From Candidatus Poribacteria bacterium (GTDB lineage Bacteria; Poribacteria; WGA-4E; UBA9662), in assembly GCA_036339735.1 (NCBI GenBank), contig JAYZAL010000041.1:1-64000 (forward strand): a DNA stretch of 64,000 nucleotides, read 5' to 3'. A program made the translations under genes and the position numbers. The notes under the pieces are model-generated. The model saw only the letters and a list, made by a program, of their open reading frames with translations. It searched no databases and was not told the origin of the DNA. Below, piece after piece: positions 1 through 9,905 of the stretch. How positions within the stretch are numbered: the stretch's first letter is position 1; each line of letters begins with the position of its first letter.

Positions 1-1197
1 TCCTAAAATATTACCTTTATCAGTATGAACGTAAACTCCACCGGTTTTAACTGCACTATCTTGGCTAAACTTAACCTGATATTCAATAAATGTCCCCTTG
101 ACAGCAACCTTGCCGTCTTTGTACTCAGATACGACCGTTTGCAAGTTAACAGGTTGACCTTCTTCAGTGATAGTGGCTTGCAAATTGAGCGATTGTCCAC
201 CTGATTCCCGCTCAGTAATCACAGGTTCAGCTTCTTTAGTGATAATTTTAGCACCAACATTAGCAGATGGAATTTCTTTGGCGTTTGGGTTCGATAGTTT
301 TGCAGATATAAACTTAATTGTCGAGGACTTAGCCACAATAACGTTGAAGGATAAACTTGCGAGCTCTCCATTACTTTTGACAGATTTAGCTCCAATAGCA
401 GTAGCACCGTAAAGCACTGACCCCGCTTCGGCTTTTACTGGCACTGCAAATGCTCCAGTTGGCAGATAATCCCCTAACTTAATGCCCGAAAACTCGAGCG
501 CTGTGTCATCATAAGCTAATTTAAATTCAAATCCTGCGACATTTGCGGCATTGGCAATTCCAATACTAACATTAAGGGTTTCGCCTACAGATGGTGATAC
601 GACTTCGGCTGGATTAACAGAGAGTACCGCACTATCACTAACCAGTATAGGATCGACTTCTTGGTTATCGTTATCTTTTATTGGTTCTATTTCATCTTTC
701 TCAGTTAATTTCTGTTCCTCAACTGCAGCCTGGATGGTAGCAGCTTTAGTTGTCGACTGTATCTCTTTGGCGACGGCATCAGATAACTTTGCCGAAAGAA
801 AGGTAATTTCCGACTCTTTCTGAGCCAATACTTTAAATGAAAATGTCGCTAAGGTCCCATCGGTACCAACGGCAGTAGCTCCAATAGCAGTAGCTCCATA
901 CAAAACAGTATTACCTTCAGCCTTAGGCGGTACGGCAAACGCGCCAGCCGGTAGGAAATCTCCAAGTTCAGCTTCAGAAAATTCCAAAACAGCGTCATTA
1001 TAAGTCAATTTGAATTCAAATCCAGCAACACCTTTTCCATCAGTAATATCAATATTCACGGACAGTAGGTCGCCGATATCTGGCAAATTTTCTTCTCCTA
1101 CAGGTAAAGCTGAGATGACAGCTTGTGCAGATACAAAAACCGGTAAAAATAGCAACGAAGTTACGAATAACAGAAAGGCAAGGCGATTTCTTTTCAT
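1..1197 (-). CDS. Secreted protein with two tandem cohesin-like domains (partial; runs off the window start)
   Basis: Absent from the ORF track; translated by hand. ATG at 1197 follows AGTAGGAAAATCT, and the frame stays open to position 1. Signal peptide MKRNRLAFLLFVTSLLFLPVFVSA, then two similar units (VNIDITDGKGVAGFEFKLTYNDAVLEF...GDFLPAGAFAVP...YGATAIGA...DGTLATFSFKV and VSIGIANAANVAGFEFKLAYDDTALEF...GDYLPTGAFAVP...YGATAIGA...NGELASLSFNV) with the cohesin-type pattern. Confidence 0.85.
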   Translation of the reverse strand, partial: MKRNRLAFLLFVTSLLFLPVFVSAQAVISALPVGEENLPDIGDLLSVNIDITDGKGVAGFEFKLTYNDAVLEFSEAELGDFLPAGAFAVPPKAEGNTVLYGATAIGATAVGTDGTLATFSFKVLAQKESEITFLSAKLSDAVAKEIQSTTKAATIQAAVEEQKLTEKDEIEPIKDNDNQEVDPILVSDSAVLSVNPAEVVSPSVGETLNVSIGIANAANVAGFEFKLAYDDTALEFSGIKLGDYLPTGAFAVPVKAEAGSVLYGATAIGAKSVKSNGELASLSFNVIVAKSSTIKFISAKLSNPNAKEIPSANVGAKIITKEAEPVITERESGGQSLNLQATITEEGQPVNLQTVVSEYKDGKVAVKGTFIEYQVKFSQDSAVKTGGVYVHTDKGNILG

Positions 1198-1305
1198 AGA
1201 TTTTCCTACTTTTAAATTTTTAGACATCGGTAAAAAACTTCCCGAACAGTATTGGACGTTTAGGTATAGAAATTGTTGACTTTAAGGCCTAAGTTCTTCT
1301 TTATT

Positions 1306-1899
1306 TTATTTATTTTTGATATTAAACTGATTCATAGTAGCCGAAAGACCATTTTTCAAATAAGATTCTATGGCATCAACTGATCGACTGACAAGGGTGT
1401 CAAGTTGGAGGTCTTCCTCAGGTGAAAAATTACCAAGTACGTGATCTATAAAAGAACCGTCTTCCGGTAGGCCAATCCCAACCCTGAGTCGTGAAAAATC
1501 TTCTGTTCCTAGATGATCGATAATCGATTTTATTCCATTATGTCCACCAGATCTACCTGATCCTCGACACCGCAGATGCCCTAAAACTAAATTTAGATCA
1601 TCGTACACAATTAGAATTCTGTCGGTGGAAATATTGTACCGATTAGCTAACTGGGATACAGCTAAACCACTTCGATTCATAAAAGTCAACGGCTTAGCTA
1701 TCATGACCAATTTCTGATCAAATTCCCTCTGCCAAACTATAGATTGACAAAGATGTTGTGCTGATGGTTCCGGATACCGCTTAAGAAAATAATCAACGAC
1801 TCGAAAACCAATATTATGTCGTGTATGATAGTACTGCTTTCCGGGATTACCCAATCCGATAATCAAATTGCTAAAGGGTATTGTCTGCGACTTGAACAT
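1306..1899 (-). CDS. pth: Peptidyl-tRNA hydrolase
   Basis: Motifs LIIGLGNPG, TRHNIGF, KPLTFMNRSG, VYDDL, GGHNGIKSI, RLRVGIG. Confidence 0.97.
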   Translation of the reverse strand: MFKSQTIPFSNLIIGLGNPGKQYYHTRHNIGFRVVDYFLKRYPEPSAQHLCQSIVWQREFDQKLVMIAKPLTFMNRSGLAVSQLANRYNISTDRILIVYDDLNLVLGHLRCRGSGRSGGHNGIKSIIDHLGTEDFSRLRVGIGLPEDGSFIDHVLGNFSPEEDLQLDTLVSRSVDAIESYLKNGLSATMNQFNIKNK

Positions 1900-2467
1900 T
1901 TAGTGGTTGAGAGGTGTTAAAGTGACCGGCGATACTCTCAATTTCGCGTCCGTTAATCAAAATCTGGACCTGTACTATGTTATCTGGAAAATTGACATGG
2001 ATCGTTTCCAATATTGCTTTCAAGGTAAGATATTCTGCATCTGAACCACCGACATGATTTTTATTAAGGTGATTGGAAAAGTCAAGATATGCTGTTGAAT
2101 ACTGATCAACGTAAACTTGATTAAGATATGTACCAAACGGGATGGGTGATGTGTCATTGGGCAAGGATAATAAACTGACCAATACTCTTTCTAAGGCAAG
2201 GCCCAAGTTGCTTGGCAGGTCAATAGTTAGAGTCTGACTGACCAGATCGCGGTGGTCATCACCTAATCTAAATAAACTAATCTGTTTCATTTCAGAATTG
2301 GATTCTGACGGTTGGTCAATGTCAACCGCTCCCGACCATTCTGAAATGATTGGGGCTGACGAATCATCCGGATTTGGCCATAACCACCAAATCAATCCTA
2401 AAAACATACAGAAAACTGCAACACTCCAAAACAAAAGGGTTACAGAAAAACGAGTAGGTTTGGTCAT
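1871..2467 (-). CDS. GerMN domain-containing membrane-anchored protein
   Basis: N-terminal TM helix, then SPIPFGTYL, AYLDFS, VGGSDAEYLTLKAILETI, VQVQILINGREIESIAGH; lies next to an amidase gene. Confidence 0.85.
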   Translation of the reverse strand: MTKPTRFSVTLLFWSVAVFCMFLGLIWWLWPNPDDSSAPIISEWSGAVDIDQPSESNSEMKQISLFRLGDDHRDLVSQTLTIDLPSNLGLALERVLVSLLSLPNDTSPIPFGTYLNQVYVDQYSTAYLDFSNHLNKNHVGGSDAEYLTLKAILETIHVNFPDNIVQVQILINGREIESIAGHFNTSQPLNVQVADNTL

Positions 2468-2484
2468 TCGTAAAAGCTTGCAGA

Positions 2485-3681
2485 TTATTTTTCTTTATCC
2501 AACCCCAAAAACGCTATAATAGCCTCCGAAATGCAAATCGCAATTTCTTGGCGATTAATTTCATTTTGCAACTTAGCTTCGTCTTCGAGGTTCGAAAGAT
2601 AGCCTAATTCTAATAGCAAGGCCGGCATATAAACACTTGATAGGATCGCTAATGGGTTTTCGCGAATTTTGATGGGGTGGGTAGACTGGCCAACTAATTG
2701 AGCTTGTAATATTTTTGCGAACCGACGACTTTTCTCGAGATGGTCATCTTGCAAAAGAGGTCGAAAGAAGATTCCATTTTGGTCTGCATCACTTTTTTTA
2801 TCATTACTAACTTGAATCTGTCCATTCTGATTATTAATCCAGATATCCATACCTGAAATTTTATCAGAAAAACTGGCATTACAGTGTAAGCTCAAAAAGA
2901 GAGAACCAGACTGCTGACCGATAATTCGGGTACGTTGACTGGATCGATAGGTTTTATCATCTTTTCGAGTCAGTAATACCTGAACATTGTTGTTTTGGCA
3001 GTTTTTTTGAATTCGTTTAGCTACATCAAGAACAATATCTTTTTCCCTAATACCGTTTAGACTCTGGCAGCCGACATCAGTACCTCCATGACCTGGATCA
3101 ATTATTACAGTTCCCCTGTCTTTTGCCTCTTGATACTGAAAATGATATTCACTCGTAAGCGAGATCTCTGACAAAGAACGATTAAAGTTCACCTTATATT
3201 CAGAGATCTCCGGAATCAACTTTGTGAAGAAGGAAAGCGGTATATGCGGTCTATCTTCGATCAGCTTAATCTTAGCTTCTAGCTCGACCTCACTTTTTGT
3301 AGATTGAATTACTACCTGAGACGAATTGGTCCGCAACTCTAGTCGCTGTCCATTCAAATTTAACGACAACTGGCGAGTTAATGCGTTGTACTCGTGAGTT
3401 AGGTCAGGATCAAAAACAACCCTAAGTGTCTGGATTGAGAAGTAAAACCCACCTTCTTCATCAAGAACAACATCCTCTACTGAGATCAACGCACCGTTTG
3501 GGTCAACGAACCGGACTTCTTCTGCCCTAACCTGGTCAGCGAAGAAAAAAAGTACGAGGAAAAATGAAACTCCAGAAACGTGGAAGAGGTAACAACTCAG
3601 CTTGAAAAGCGGTACGAATCGGAAAGAACATCTATTCGCTGACTTCTTCGGTACCCTCAGTTTCATCAGCTGCTTCTTCAT
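2485..3681 (-). CDS. N-acetylmuramoyl-L-alanine amidase (Amidase_3) with an N-terminal stalk/copper-amine-oxidase-like domain
   Basis: Zn and catalytic motifs IIDPGHGG, REKDIVL, LSLHCNA, LLELGYLSN; signal peptide ending ADQVRA. Start uncertain (ATG 3681 or 3666, both inside the rplY 3' end). Confidence 0.9.
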   Translation of the reverse strand: MKKQLMKLRVPKKSANRCSFRFVPLFKLSCYLFHVSGVSFFLVLFFFADQVRAEEVRFVDPNGALISVEDVVLDEEGGFYFSIQTLRVVFDPDLTHEYNALTRQLSLNLNGQRLELRTNSSQVVIQSTKSEVELEAKIKLIEDRPHIPLSFFTKLIPEISEYKVNFNRSLSEISLTSEYHFQYQEAKDRGTVIIDPGHGGTDVGCQSLNGIREKDIVLDVAKRIQKNCQNNNVQVLLTRKDDKTYRSSQRTRIIGQQSGSLFLSLHCNASFSDKISGMDIWINNQNGQIQVSNDKKSDADQNGIFFRPLLQDDHLEKSRRFAKILQAQLVGQSTHPIKIRENPLAILSSVYMPALLLELGYLSNLEDEAKLQNEINRQEIAICISEAIIAFLGLDKEK

Positions 3682-4294
3682 CTTCCAGCCCCTCTTCACC
3701 TTCAATTTCTTCTTCTTCTGCGGTTATAGTTTCAAGCACGACCTTTGGTTCGATCACCGCAGCAATTTGGGTAATTTCATTTTCCAAGATTTCTATCGTG
3801 TCATCAATTTCAATGTCAGAAACTCGGAAACTATCTCCAATACTCAGATCTTCTACATTGATTCGTAGGAATTCAGGTGTATCGAGTGGCAAGCAATTAA
3901 CACTGACTTGTCGGCGAGTTACAGTTAGAACGCCGCCATCACGTACTCCGACTGGTGTTCCAACGGTTTCAATGGAAACCTGAGTGGTGATTTTTTCATC
4001 CAATGAAATTCTTTGGAAATCAGCATGTAAAACATTACGCTTTACAGGATGACGTTGTAAATCTTTTATGACGACAGTTTGCTCATCATCGTTACCCAGT
4101 ACTAGATTAATCAAGACATTGGATCCGTAGTTTCTGAGTAGTGTTTGGAAGGTTCGATCATCGATTTGCAAAGAAACTGCGCCCCGTTTACGGCCATATA
4201 AAACAGCTGGGACTTTGCCAGCTCGCCGCAGTGAACGCGCCACTCCTTTTCCTACGTCATCACGCACCTGCGCATCTAATCTAGCCTGTTGCAT
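3632..4294 (-). CDS. rplY: 50S ribosomal protein L25/Ctc
   Basis: GKGVARSLRRAGKVPAVLYG, QRHPVKRNVLHADF, GVRDGGVL, acidic C-terminal tail. Confidence 0.97.
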   Translation of the reverse strand: MQQARLDAQVRDDVGKGVARSLRRAGKVPAVLYGRKRGAVSLQIDDRTFQTLLRNYGSNVLINLVLGNDDEQTVVIKDLQRHPVKRNVLHADFQRISLDEKITTQVSIETVGTPVGVRDGGVLTVTRRQVSVNCLPLDTPEFLRINVEDLSIGDSFRVSDIEIDDTIEILENEITQIAAVIEPKVVLETITAEEEEIEGEEGLEDEEAADETEGTEEVSE

Positions 4295-4343
4295 AAATAA
4301 TACCTCTAAATTGTACCATCAAACACTTGAAAAGAATAATTTT

Positions 4344-4374
4344 AAAAAAACGAGCCGTAGCACCTGCTACGGCT
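4344..4374 (-). terminator. Rho-independent terminator downstream of tRNA-Gln
   Basis: Minus strand AGCCGTAGC-AGGT-GCTACGGCT followed by CG and TTTTTTT. Confidence 0.75.
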
Positions 4375-4398
4375 TATCGGGAAGTTAAATAAACTACG

Positions 4399-4471
4399 CT
4401 GGGCGGGTAGGATTCGAACCTACGCATGCCGGACCCAAAACCCGGTGCCTTAACCACTTGGCTACCGCCCA
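4399..4471 (-). tRNA. tRNA-Gln (anticodon TTG)
   Basis: Minus strand TGGGCGGTAGCCAAGTGGTTAAGGCACCGGGTTTTGGGTCCGGCATGCGTAGGTTCGAATCCTACCCGCCCAG. Acceptor stem TGGGCGG/CCGCCCA, anticodon loop TTTTGGG, T-loop TTCGAAT; CCA is not encoded. Usual position after ispE. Confidence 0.96.
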
Positions 4472-5347
4472 TTAAGCAATCTCAAGGCCAGTAGAAACCG
4501 TTCGTGCACGAAACGAAGACGGACATTGCAACACATTGACAGTCGACTGCATTTCTTCGGTCCCCGCGACCAAAGAGAAAACAGTCGCGCCACTTCCAGA
4601 CATCAATGTTCCATGGGAAACAGTTCGAGAAAGCTCTCGTTTAAGCCGTGCCACCGAAGGGTACTCTACTAGGACGAACTCTTCAAGTCGATTGAACAAG
4701 CTAACTCCCAACTCTGGTAGCAACCCTTGTTCAATGAAACGGGCAACGATTCTAACATCCCGCTTTTCGGATGTCAATGACAATTTAAGATTCTGAAATA
4801 CCGTAGGTGTTGAAACGTGTATTCCCGGATTGGCCAAAATAACGTCAAAATTATGCGCTAATCGCAAAGAGGTTAACTCGTTGCCAATCCCCGTACCTAA
4901 AGCTGTACCACCGAGAAGAAAAAAAGGAACATCGGCCCCTAGCTTAGAACCAAACACGCTAAGGCGTGGCAAAGTCAGCTTTAAGTCATAGAGTTCATTA
5001 ATAGCAAATAGAACTGCTGCAGCATTCGAGCTTCCCCCGCCAAGACCTCCAGATACTGGGATTCTTTTCTGAATCTCAATGTCCACGGCACCAATCTGTG
5101 GGTAATAAGACTGCAGCAAGGAGACAGCTCTCCAAGTCAAGTTAGTTTGATCCAACGGAACAACATCAGGATTACAACGAATCATGTGCTGATGTGGTCG
5201 ACGGCCGGCTTTGCGCACCACAATGATATCATGCAAACTAACGGACTGAAAAATAGTCTCTATATCATGATATCCATCAGGTCGCTTATCCAGAACCTCT
5301 AAAAAAAGATTAATCTTTGCAAATGCTAGAAGACGAATATCTTCCAT
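4472..5347 (-). CDS. ispE: 4-diphosphocytidyl-2-C-methyl-D-erythritol kinase
   Basis: AKINLFL, RPDGYHDIETIFQ, KRIPVSGGLGGGSSNAA, LGADVPFF, MSGSGATVF. Start set at ATG 5347 just after the rpoC stop (ORF track extends to 5383). Confidence 0.96.
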   Translation of the reverse strand: MEDIRLLAFAKINLFLEVLDKRPDGYHDIETIFQSVSLHDIIVVRKAGRRPHQHMIRCNPDVVPLDQTNLTWRAVSLLQSYYPQIGAVDIEIQKRIPVSGGLGGGSSNAAAVLFAINELYDLKLTLPRLSVFGSKLGADVPFFLLGGTALGTGIGNELTSLRLAHNFDVILANPGIHVSTPTVFQNLKLSLTSEKRDVRIVARFIEQGLLPELGVSLFNRLEEFVLVEYPSVARLKRELSRTVSHGTLMSGSGATVFSLVAGTEEMQSTVNVLQCPSSFRARTVSTGLEIA

Positions 5348-5357
5348 AAAATCACAT

Positions 5358-8300
5358 TTAGATGCTGTCTTCTGCAGCTCCAAATTGGCTCAGAATGTCA
5401 GGAGAACTATTTGCTATTTCCGAATTTGACGTATCTTTCTCTTCACCTTCGACGTATGCTTCGATTAAACGATGGTCTGCTACGCCCGTGCCAGCTGGAA
5501 TTAAGTGTCCCATAATTACGTTTTCTTTCAACCCACTCAGAGGATCGCTTTTACCTGCAACAGCTGCTTTAGTAAGTACACTAGTCGTTTGCTGGAACGA
5601 TGCCGCTGATATGAAGCTATCTGTACTCAGTGCGGCCTTTGTGATTCCCTGCAAAATTGGTTTGGCTTGAGCGAGATTGAAAGTTTTATCTTCAGAACCG
5701 ACCTGTGTTACACTCGCCGATTTGTCTGATTGGGCAAGTCTCAAATCCCTGATTCTATCGTTTAGTACCTCAAACCTAGATCGGCTTACTTCTTCTTCCT
5801 CCAGTAATTCAGTGTCTCCTGCATCTGTAATAATTACTTTATCTAGCATCTGACGAACGATGACCTCGATGTGCTTATCGTTGATTCGTTCACCTTGGGA
5901 CCTGTACACAGACTGGACCTCGTCGATTAAGTAAGCCTGAACTTCCTCTAGGCCTTTTGAGTCTAATATATCATGTGGATTAATAGAACCACCAGTCAAG
6001 GGGTCTCCTGTTTTAACTTCATCACCTTCATCAACTAGTAGATACTTGCCAACAGGAATACGTGCTGGCTTACTTTCTACACCAGTTTCGGGGTTAATGA
6101 TTTTTAGAATATGCATCCCACGACTGATACCTTGGATTTCAACAACACCATCAATTTCAGCCATAAAAGCCGCGTCTTTAGGTTTACGGGCCTCGAATAG
6201 TTCAGTGATACGAGGCAACCCGCTAACAATGTCGCTACTCTTAGCTGCTTCTTTAGGCAAACGAGCTAAAGTAGACCCTTCGGTTACCAAATCACCGTCA
6301 GCCACGGACAAGTGGGCACCAACTGGCATCAAGTAACTACTCAGAGATTCCCCATCTTTAGTCCGAATTTCGATTCTAGGTGGTGAATCACCTTTGTATT
6401 CACTAATAACTCGTTCAGCTAAGCCACTGGTTTTATCTTCGCGAAAAGTTCTACCTTCAACAATATTATCAAAAGATACCAAACCTGTTTGCTTTGTTAA
6501 TATTGGAATTCGATAAGGATCAAATTCAGAAAGCGGCTGTTTGACTTCAACAATATCCCCATCATTAACAAACAACCGGCTACCTACAGGTAAACTGTGC
6601 CTTTCCAAAATCTCACCTGTTTTTGAATGACGAATCTGGAGTTCCGCATTTTGTTTGGAAACAACGATACGCTCGCGATCCGAATTTGTAATCTCATTAA
6701 CCGAACTGTCGTGTTCGTCAGACTCTATGAGGCGATCAATGAAGTCGACACTAGAGTAGAATACCTTGCCCGCATTACTGGCCGTCACTTTTGACTCAAT
6801 TACATCACCTGTAGCTGTTCCACCTGTATGGAAAGTCCTCATGGTTAATTGAGTGCCTGGTTCTCCGATAGATTGGGCAGCAATAATGCCGACTGCTTCC
6901 CCTTGGTCCACAGGCTGGCCCGTTGATAGGTCTGCGCCGTAACACTTAGCACAAATACCTTGAGGAGATTCACAACTCAAAGCAGATCGAACTGCGATCT
7001 TTGTGTATCCCAAATCTTCGATTTTTTCTGCTACATGTCGACCGATTAGTTGGTCTTGTGTTACAACAACTTGGCCTTTTTCATCTACAATCTTTGTCGA
7101 AATAATACGATCGGTTTCTTGATCGATAACCCCCGCAAAGGTTCTACCAAAAATCTGAGCTGAAATTTTGATGTCTGCTTCTTCGGTTGCTGACTTGGCA
7201 ATATAGCCACTGGTATAACAGTCATCTATTGTAATCATCACGTCTTGGGCCACATCGACTAATTTTCGTGTCAAATAACCGCTACTGGCGGTCTTAATAG
7301 CAGTATCTGCTAATCCTTTGCGAGCCCCATGCGTAGAAGTAAAATACTCTAATACCGATAATCCTTCTCTGAAACATGATTCAATAGGGTGTTCAATAAT
7401 TTCGCCAGATGGTTTTGCCATCAATCCTCTTAGTCCACTGATTTGACGAAGAGATGCTTTTTTACTCCTAGCACCTGAGTCGGCCATAATATGGATAGGG
7501 TTGAAACCTTCGATTTCGTCTTGGCGTCCTTTCTCTAGACCAACAAAAAGGGCTTTTTCAATCTGATCAATACGATCTAGCCAAACATTAATAATTTTAT
7601 TATATCGCTCGCCAGGGCTGATCTCGCCTTGGCTGAAGTCAGCCTCAATCTCGTCAACTTGCTGCCAAGCTTGCTGAATTAGCGTTTTCTTTTCTTCTGG
7701 AACTATCAAATCATTGATACCAATCGATATTCCAGACAAAGTAGCGTAATGAAAACCCAACTGCTTCACTTCGTGTAAAAATTCAACTGTACGTCGATTA
7801 CCGAGTTCTTCAAAACAACGAGAGACTAAATCTGACAAGTCGCCAGCATGCATTTCTCTATTAATAAAAGGCACACTGACAGCAGTATCTTTATCAGTAA
7901 AAGTCAATTCATCAGGGACAATCTGGTTAAAAATGACACGTCCTACCGTAGTTCGTATTGGTTTTCCATTAGTTTCCTCAAAATGCAAGTCAATCGGATC
8001 ATGTAAGTGTAACTGATCATTGCCATGAGCCAGAAGGATTTCGTCTTGGCATCTGAAATGCTTAGGCTGACTCAATTTCAACTTAGCCTCCGGTCGATCC
8101 CAATCTAGTTCAGGAATACTTTTAGTGAGGAAGCTACAACCTAAAACGATATCCAGTTCAGGAACGGCGATTGGTTCACCATGCGCTGGTTTAAGTATAT
8201 TTCGAGTTGCCATCATTAACAGTTTGGCCTCAACTTGTGCTTCTGGGCCAAGAGGTACATGCACGGCCATCTGGTCTCCATCAAAGTCCGCGTTAAAAGC

Positions 8301-9758
8301 GCTACAAACTAAGGGATGAATTCGAATAGCTCTACCTTCTACTAGCTGTGGCTCAAAAGCTTGGATGCCCAGACGGTGGAGCGTAGGTGCACGATTCAGT
8401 AAGACAGGATGATCTTGTATCACTTCTTCTAGAACATCCCAAACTTCTGGTTCGATTTTTTCCGTCATACTTTTTGCTTTCTTGATTGTTGGAGCATAAC
8501 CACGGTCTTGCAGTTTACGAATGATGAATGGTTTGAATAACTCAATTGCCATTTCCTTGGGCAGACCACACTGATGCAATTCCAATTCTGGGCCGACAAC
8601 AATCACACTTCGACCAGAGTAGTCAACCCGTTTCCCTAAAAGGTTTTGACGGAAACGGCCAACCTTACCTTTTAACATGTCAGACAATGACTTAAGCGGT
8701 CGTGTTCCTGGGCCACGCACAGTCCGGCCATGCTTCCCATTATCGAGTAAGGCATCAACGGCTTCTTGCAGCATTCGTTTTTCGTTACGAATAATTATTT
8801 CTGGCGCTTTTAGATCCATTAGTCGCTTCAACCGATTATTACGGTTGATTACTCGACGGTATAAATCATTCAAGTCGCTCGTAGCAAATCGGCCACCATC
8901 GAGAGCCACCAATGGACGGAGATCTGGAGGGACAACTGGAATAGCGGTTAGAATAAGCCACTCCGGCTTGTTGCCTGATTTTATGAAACCATTAACTAAC
9001 TGTAGCCGCTTGGTCAGTTTTTTAGCTTTCTGTTTGCTGCCAGTCTCGTCTAATTCGATTTTTAAACTTTTTGCTTCTTCCGTTAGATCAATAGAAGACA
9101 AGAGTTCCTGGACAGCTGAGGCTCCCATATCAGCGCGCCAACCAGTTGGGTAAAGCTCTTTATATTTCCTATATTCTTCGTCAGAGGAGATGATTTGTTT
9201 AATTCTAGGAGGTTCAGTTTGTTCACCAGTTTCTTCATTTATAATAGGTACTAAAGTGTCATCCGATTCTAAGACGATGTAAGATTCGAAATAAAGAACA
9301 CGTTCGACCTCACGGAGAGTTAAATCCAGGAAAAGACCAATTCTTGAAGGTAATCCTTTGAAAAACCATACATGGGACACTGGAGCGGCTAAATCTATGT
9401 ATCCCATTCGCTCACGCCTAACTTTCTGCTGAGTAACTTCAACACCACAACGATCACAAATCGTACCACGATGTTTGATCCTTTTATACTTTCCACATTG
9501 GCATTCCCAATCCTTTGTAGGCCCAAAAATGACTTCACAGAAAAGGCCATCTTTCTCTGGTCGGAAAGTTCGGTAATTAATCGTTTCAGGCTTCTTAACT
9601 TCTCCGCAAGAACAATCAGGTACAGGATTCAGTCCAGTATCACCTGTTATGTGTCGGCACGAAGTTCTCTTAGCCCAAGATTTAATCATTTCTGGGGAAG
9701 CAATACTTATAGAAATGGTGTCAAAGTCGTTCAAATTAGAGGAGTTAACTGTGCTCAA
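5358..9758 (-). CDS. rpoC: DNA-directed RNA polymerase subunit beta'
   Basis: [10 protein letters not shown], Zn finger CQCGKYK...CDRCGVE, catalytic [22 protein letters not shown], trigger-loop insertion. Confidence 0.99.
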   Translation of the reverse strand: MSTVNSSNLNDFDTISISIASPEMIKSWAKRTSCRHITGDTGLNPVPDCSCGEVKKPETINYRTFRPEKDGLFCEVIFGPTKDWECQCGKYKRIKHRGTICDRCGVEVTQQKVRRERMGYIDLAAPVSHVWFFKGLPSRIGLFLDLTLREVERVLYFESYIVLESDDTLVPIINEETGEQTEPPRIKQIISSDEEYRKYKELYPTGWRADMGASAVQELLSSIDLTEEAKSLKIELDETGSKQKAKKLTKRLQLVNGFIKSGNKPEWLILTAIPVVPPDLRPLVALDGGRFATSDLNDLYRRVINRNNRLKRLMDLKAPEIIIRNEKRMLQEAVDALLDNGKHGRTVRGPGTRPLKSLSDMLKGKVGRFRQNLLGKRVDYSGRSVIVVGPELELHQCGLPKEMAIELFKPFIIRKLQDRGYAPTIKKAKSMTEKIEPEVWDVLEEVIQDHPVLLNRAPTLHRLGIQAFEPQLVEGRAIRIHPLVCSAFNADFDGDQMAVHVPLGPEAQVEAKLLMMATRNILKPAHGEPIAVPELDIVLGCSFLTKSIPELDWDRPEAKLKLSQPKHFRCQDEILLAHGNDQLHLHDPIDLHFEETNGKPIRTTVGRVIFNQIVPDELTFTDKDTAVSVPFINREMHAGDLSDLVSRCFEELGNRRTVEFLHEVKQLGFHYATLSGISIGINDLIVPEEKKTLIQQAWQQVDEIEADFSQGEISPGERYNKIINVWLDRIDQIEKALFVGLEKGRQDEIEGFNPIHIMADSGARSKKASLRQISGLRGLMAKPSGEIIEHPIESCFREGLSVLEYFTSTHGARKGLADTAIKTASSGYLTRKLVDVAQDVMITIDDCYTSGYIAKSATEEADIKISAQIFGRTFAGVIDQETDRIISTKIVDEKGQVVVTQDQLIGRHVAEKIEDLGYTKIAVRSALSCESPQGICAKCYGADLSTGQPVDQGEAVGIIAAQSIGEPGTQLTMRTFHTGGTATGDVIESKVTASNAGKVFYSSVDFIDRLIESDEHDSSVNEITNSDRERIVVSKQNAELQIRHSKTGEILERHSLPVGSRLFVNDGDIVEVKQPLSEFDPYRIPILTKQTGLVSFDNIVEGRTFREDKTSGLAERVISEYKGDSPPRIEIRTKDGESLSSYLMPVGAHLSVADGDLVTEGSTLARLPKEAAKSSDIVSGLPRITELFEARKPKDAAFMAEIDGVVEIQGISRGMHILKIINPETGVESKPARIPVGKYLLVDEGDEVKTGDPLTGGSINPHDILDSKGLEEVQAYLIDEVQSVYRSQGERINDKHIEVIVRQMLDKVIITDAGDTELLEEEEVSRSRFEVLNDRIRDLRLAQSDKSASVTQVGSEDKTFNLAQAKPILQGITKAALSTDSFISAASFQQTTSVLTKAAVAGKSDPLSGLKENVIMGHLIPAGTGVADHRLIEAYVEGEEKDTSNSEIANSSPDILSQFGAAEDSI

Positions 9759-9905
9759 TTTCTATCCCTCCGAGAGTTGATTAGATGTGTACTATGTTGA
9801 TTAATGGCCGCCCAAAAACTTTCAAACGCGACATCATCCCCAGGCAAATAATCATTTTTATTTGCTTGGAAATGATGTCGAAAGTTATTGATTTAGATAT
9901 AAAAA

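Noticed and set aside
3-1279. Short ORFs 3..200, 167..412, 219..407, 551..823 and 1010..1279
   Set aside because: They are antisense or out-of-frame shadows of the cohesin CDS at 1..1197.
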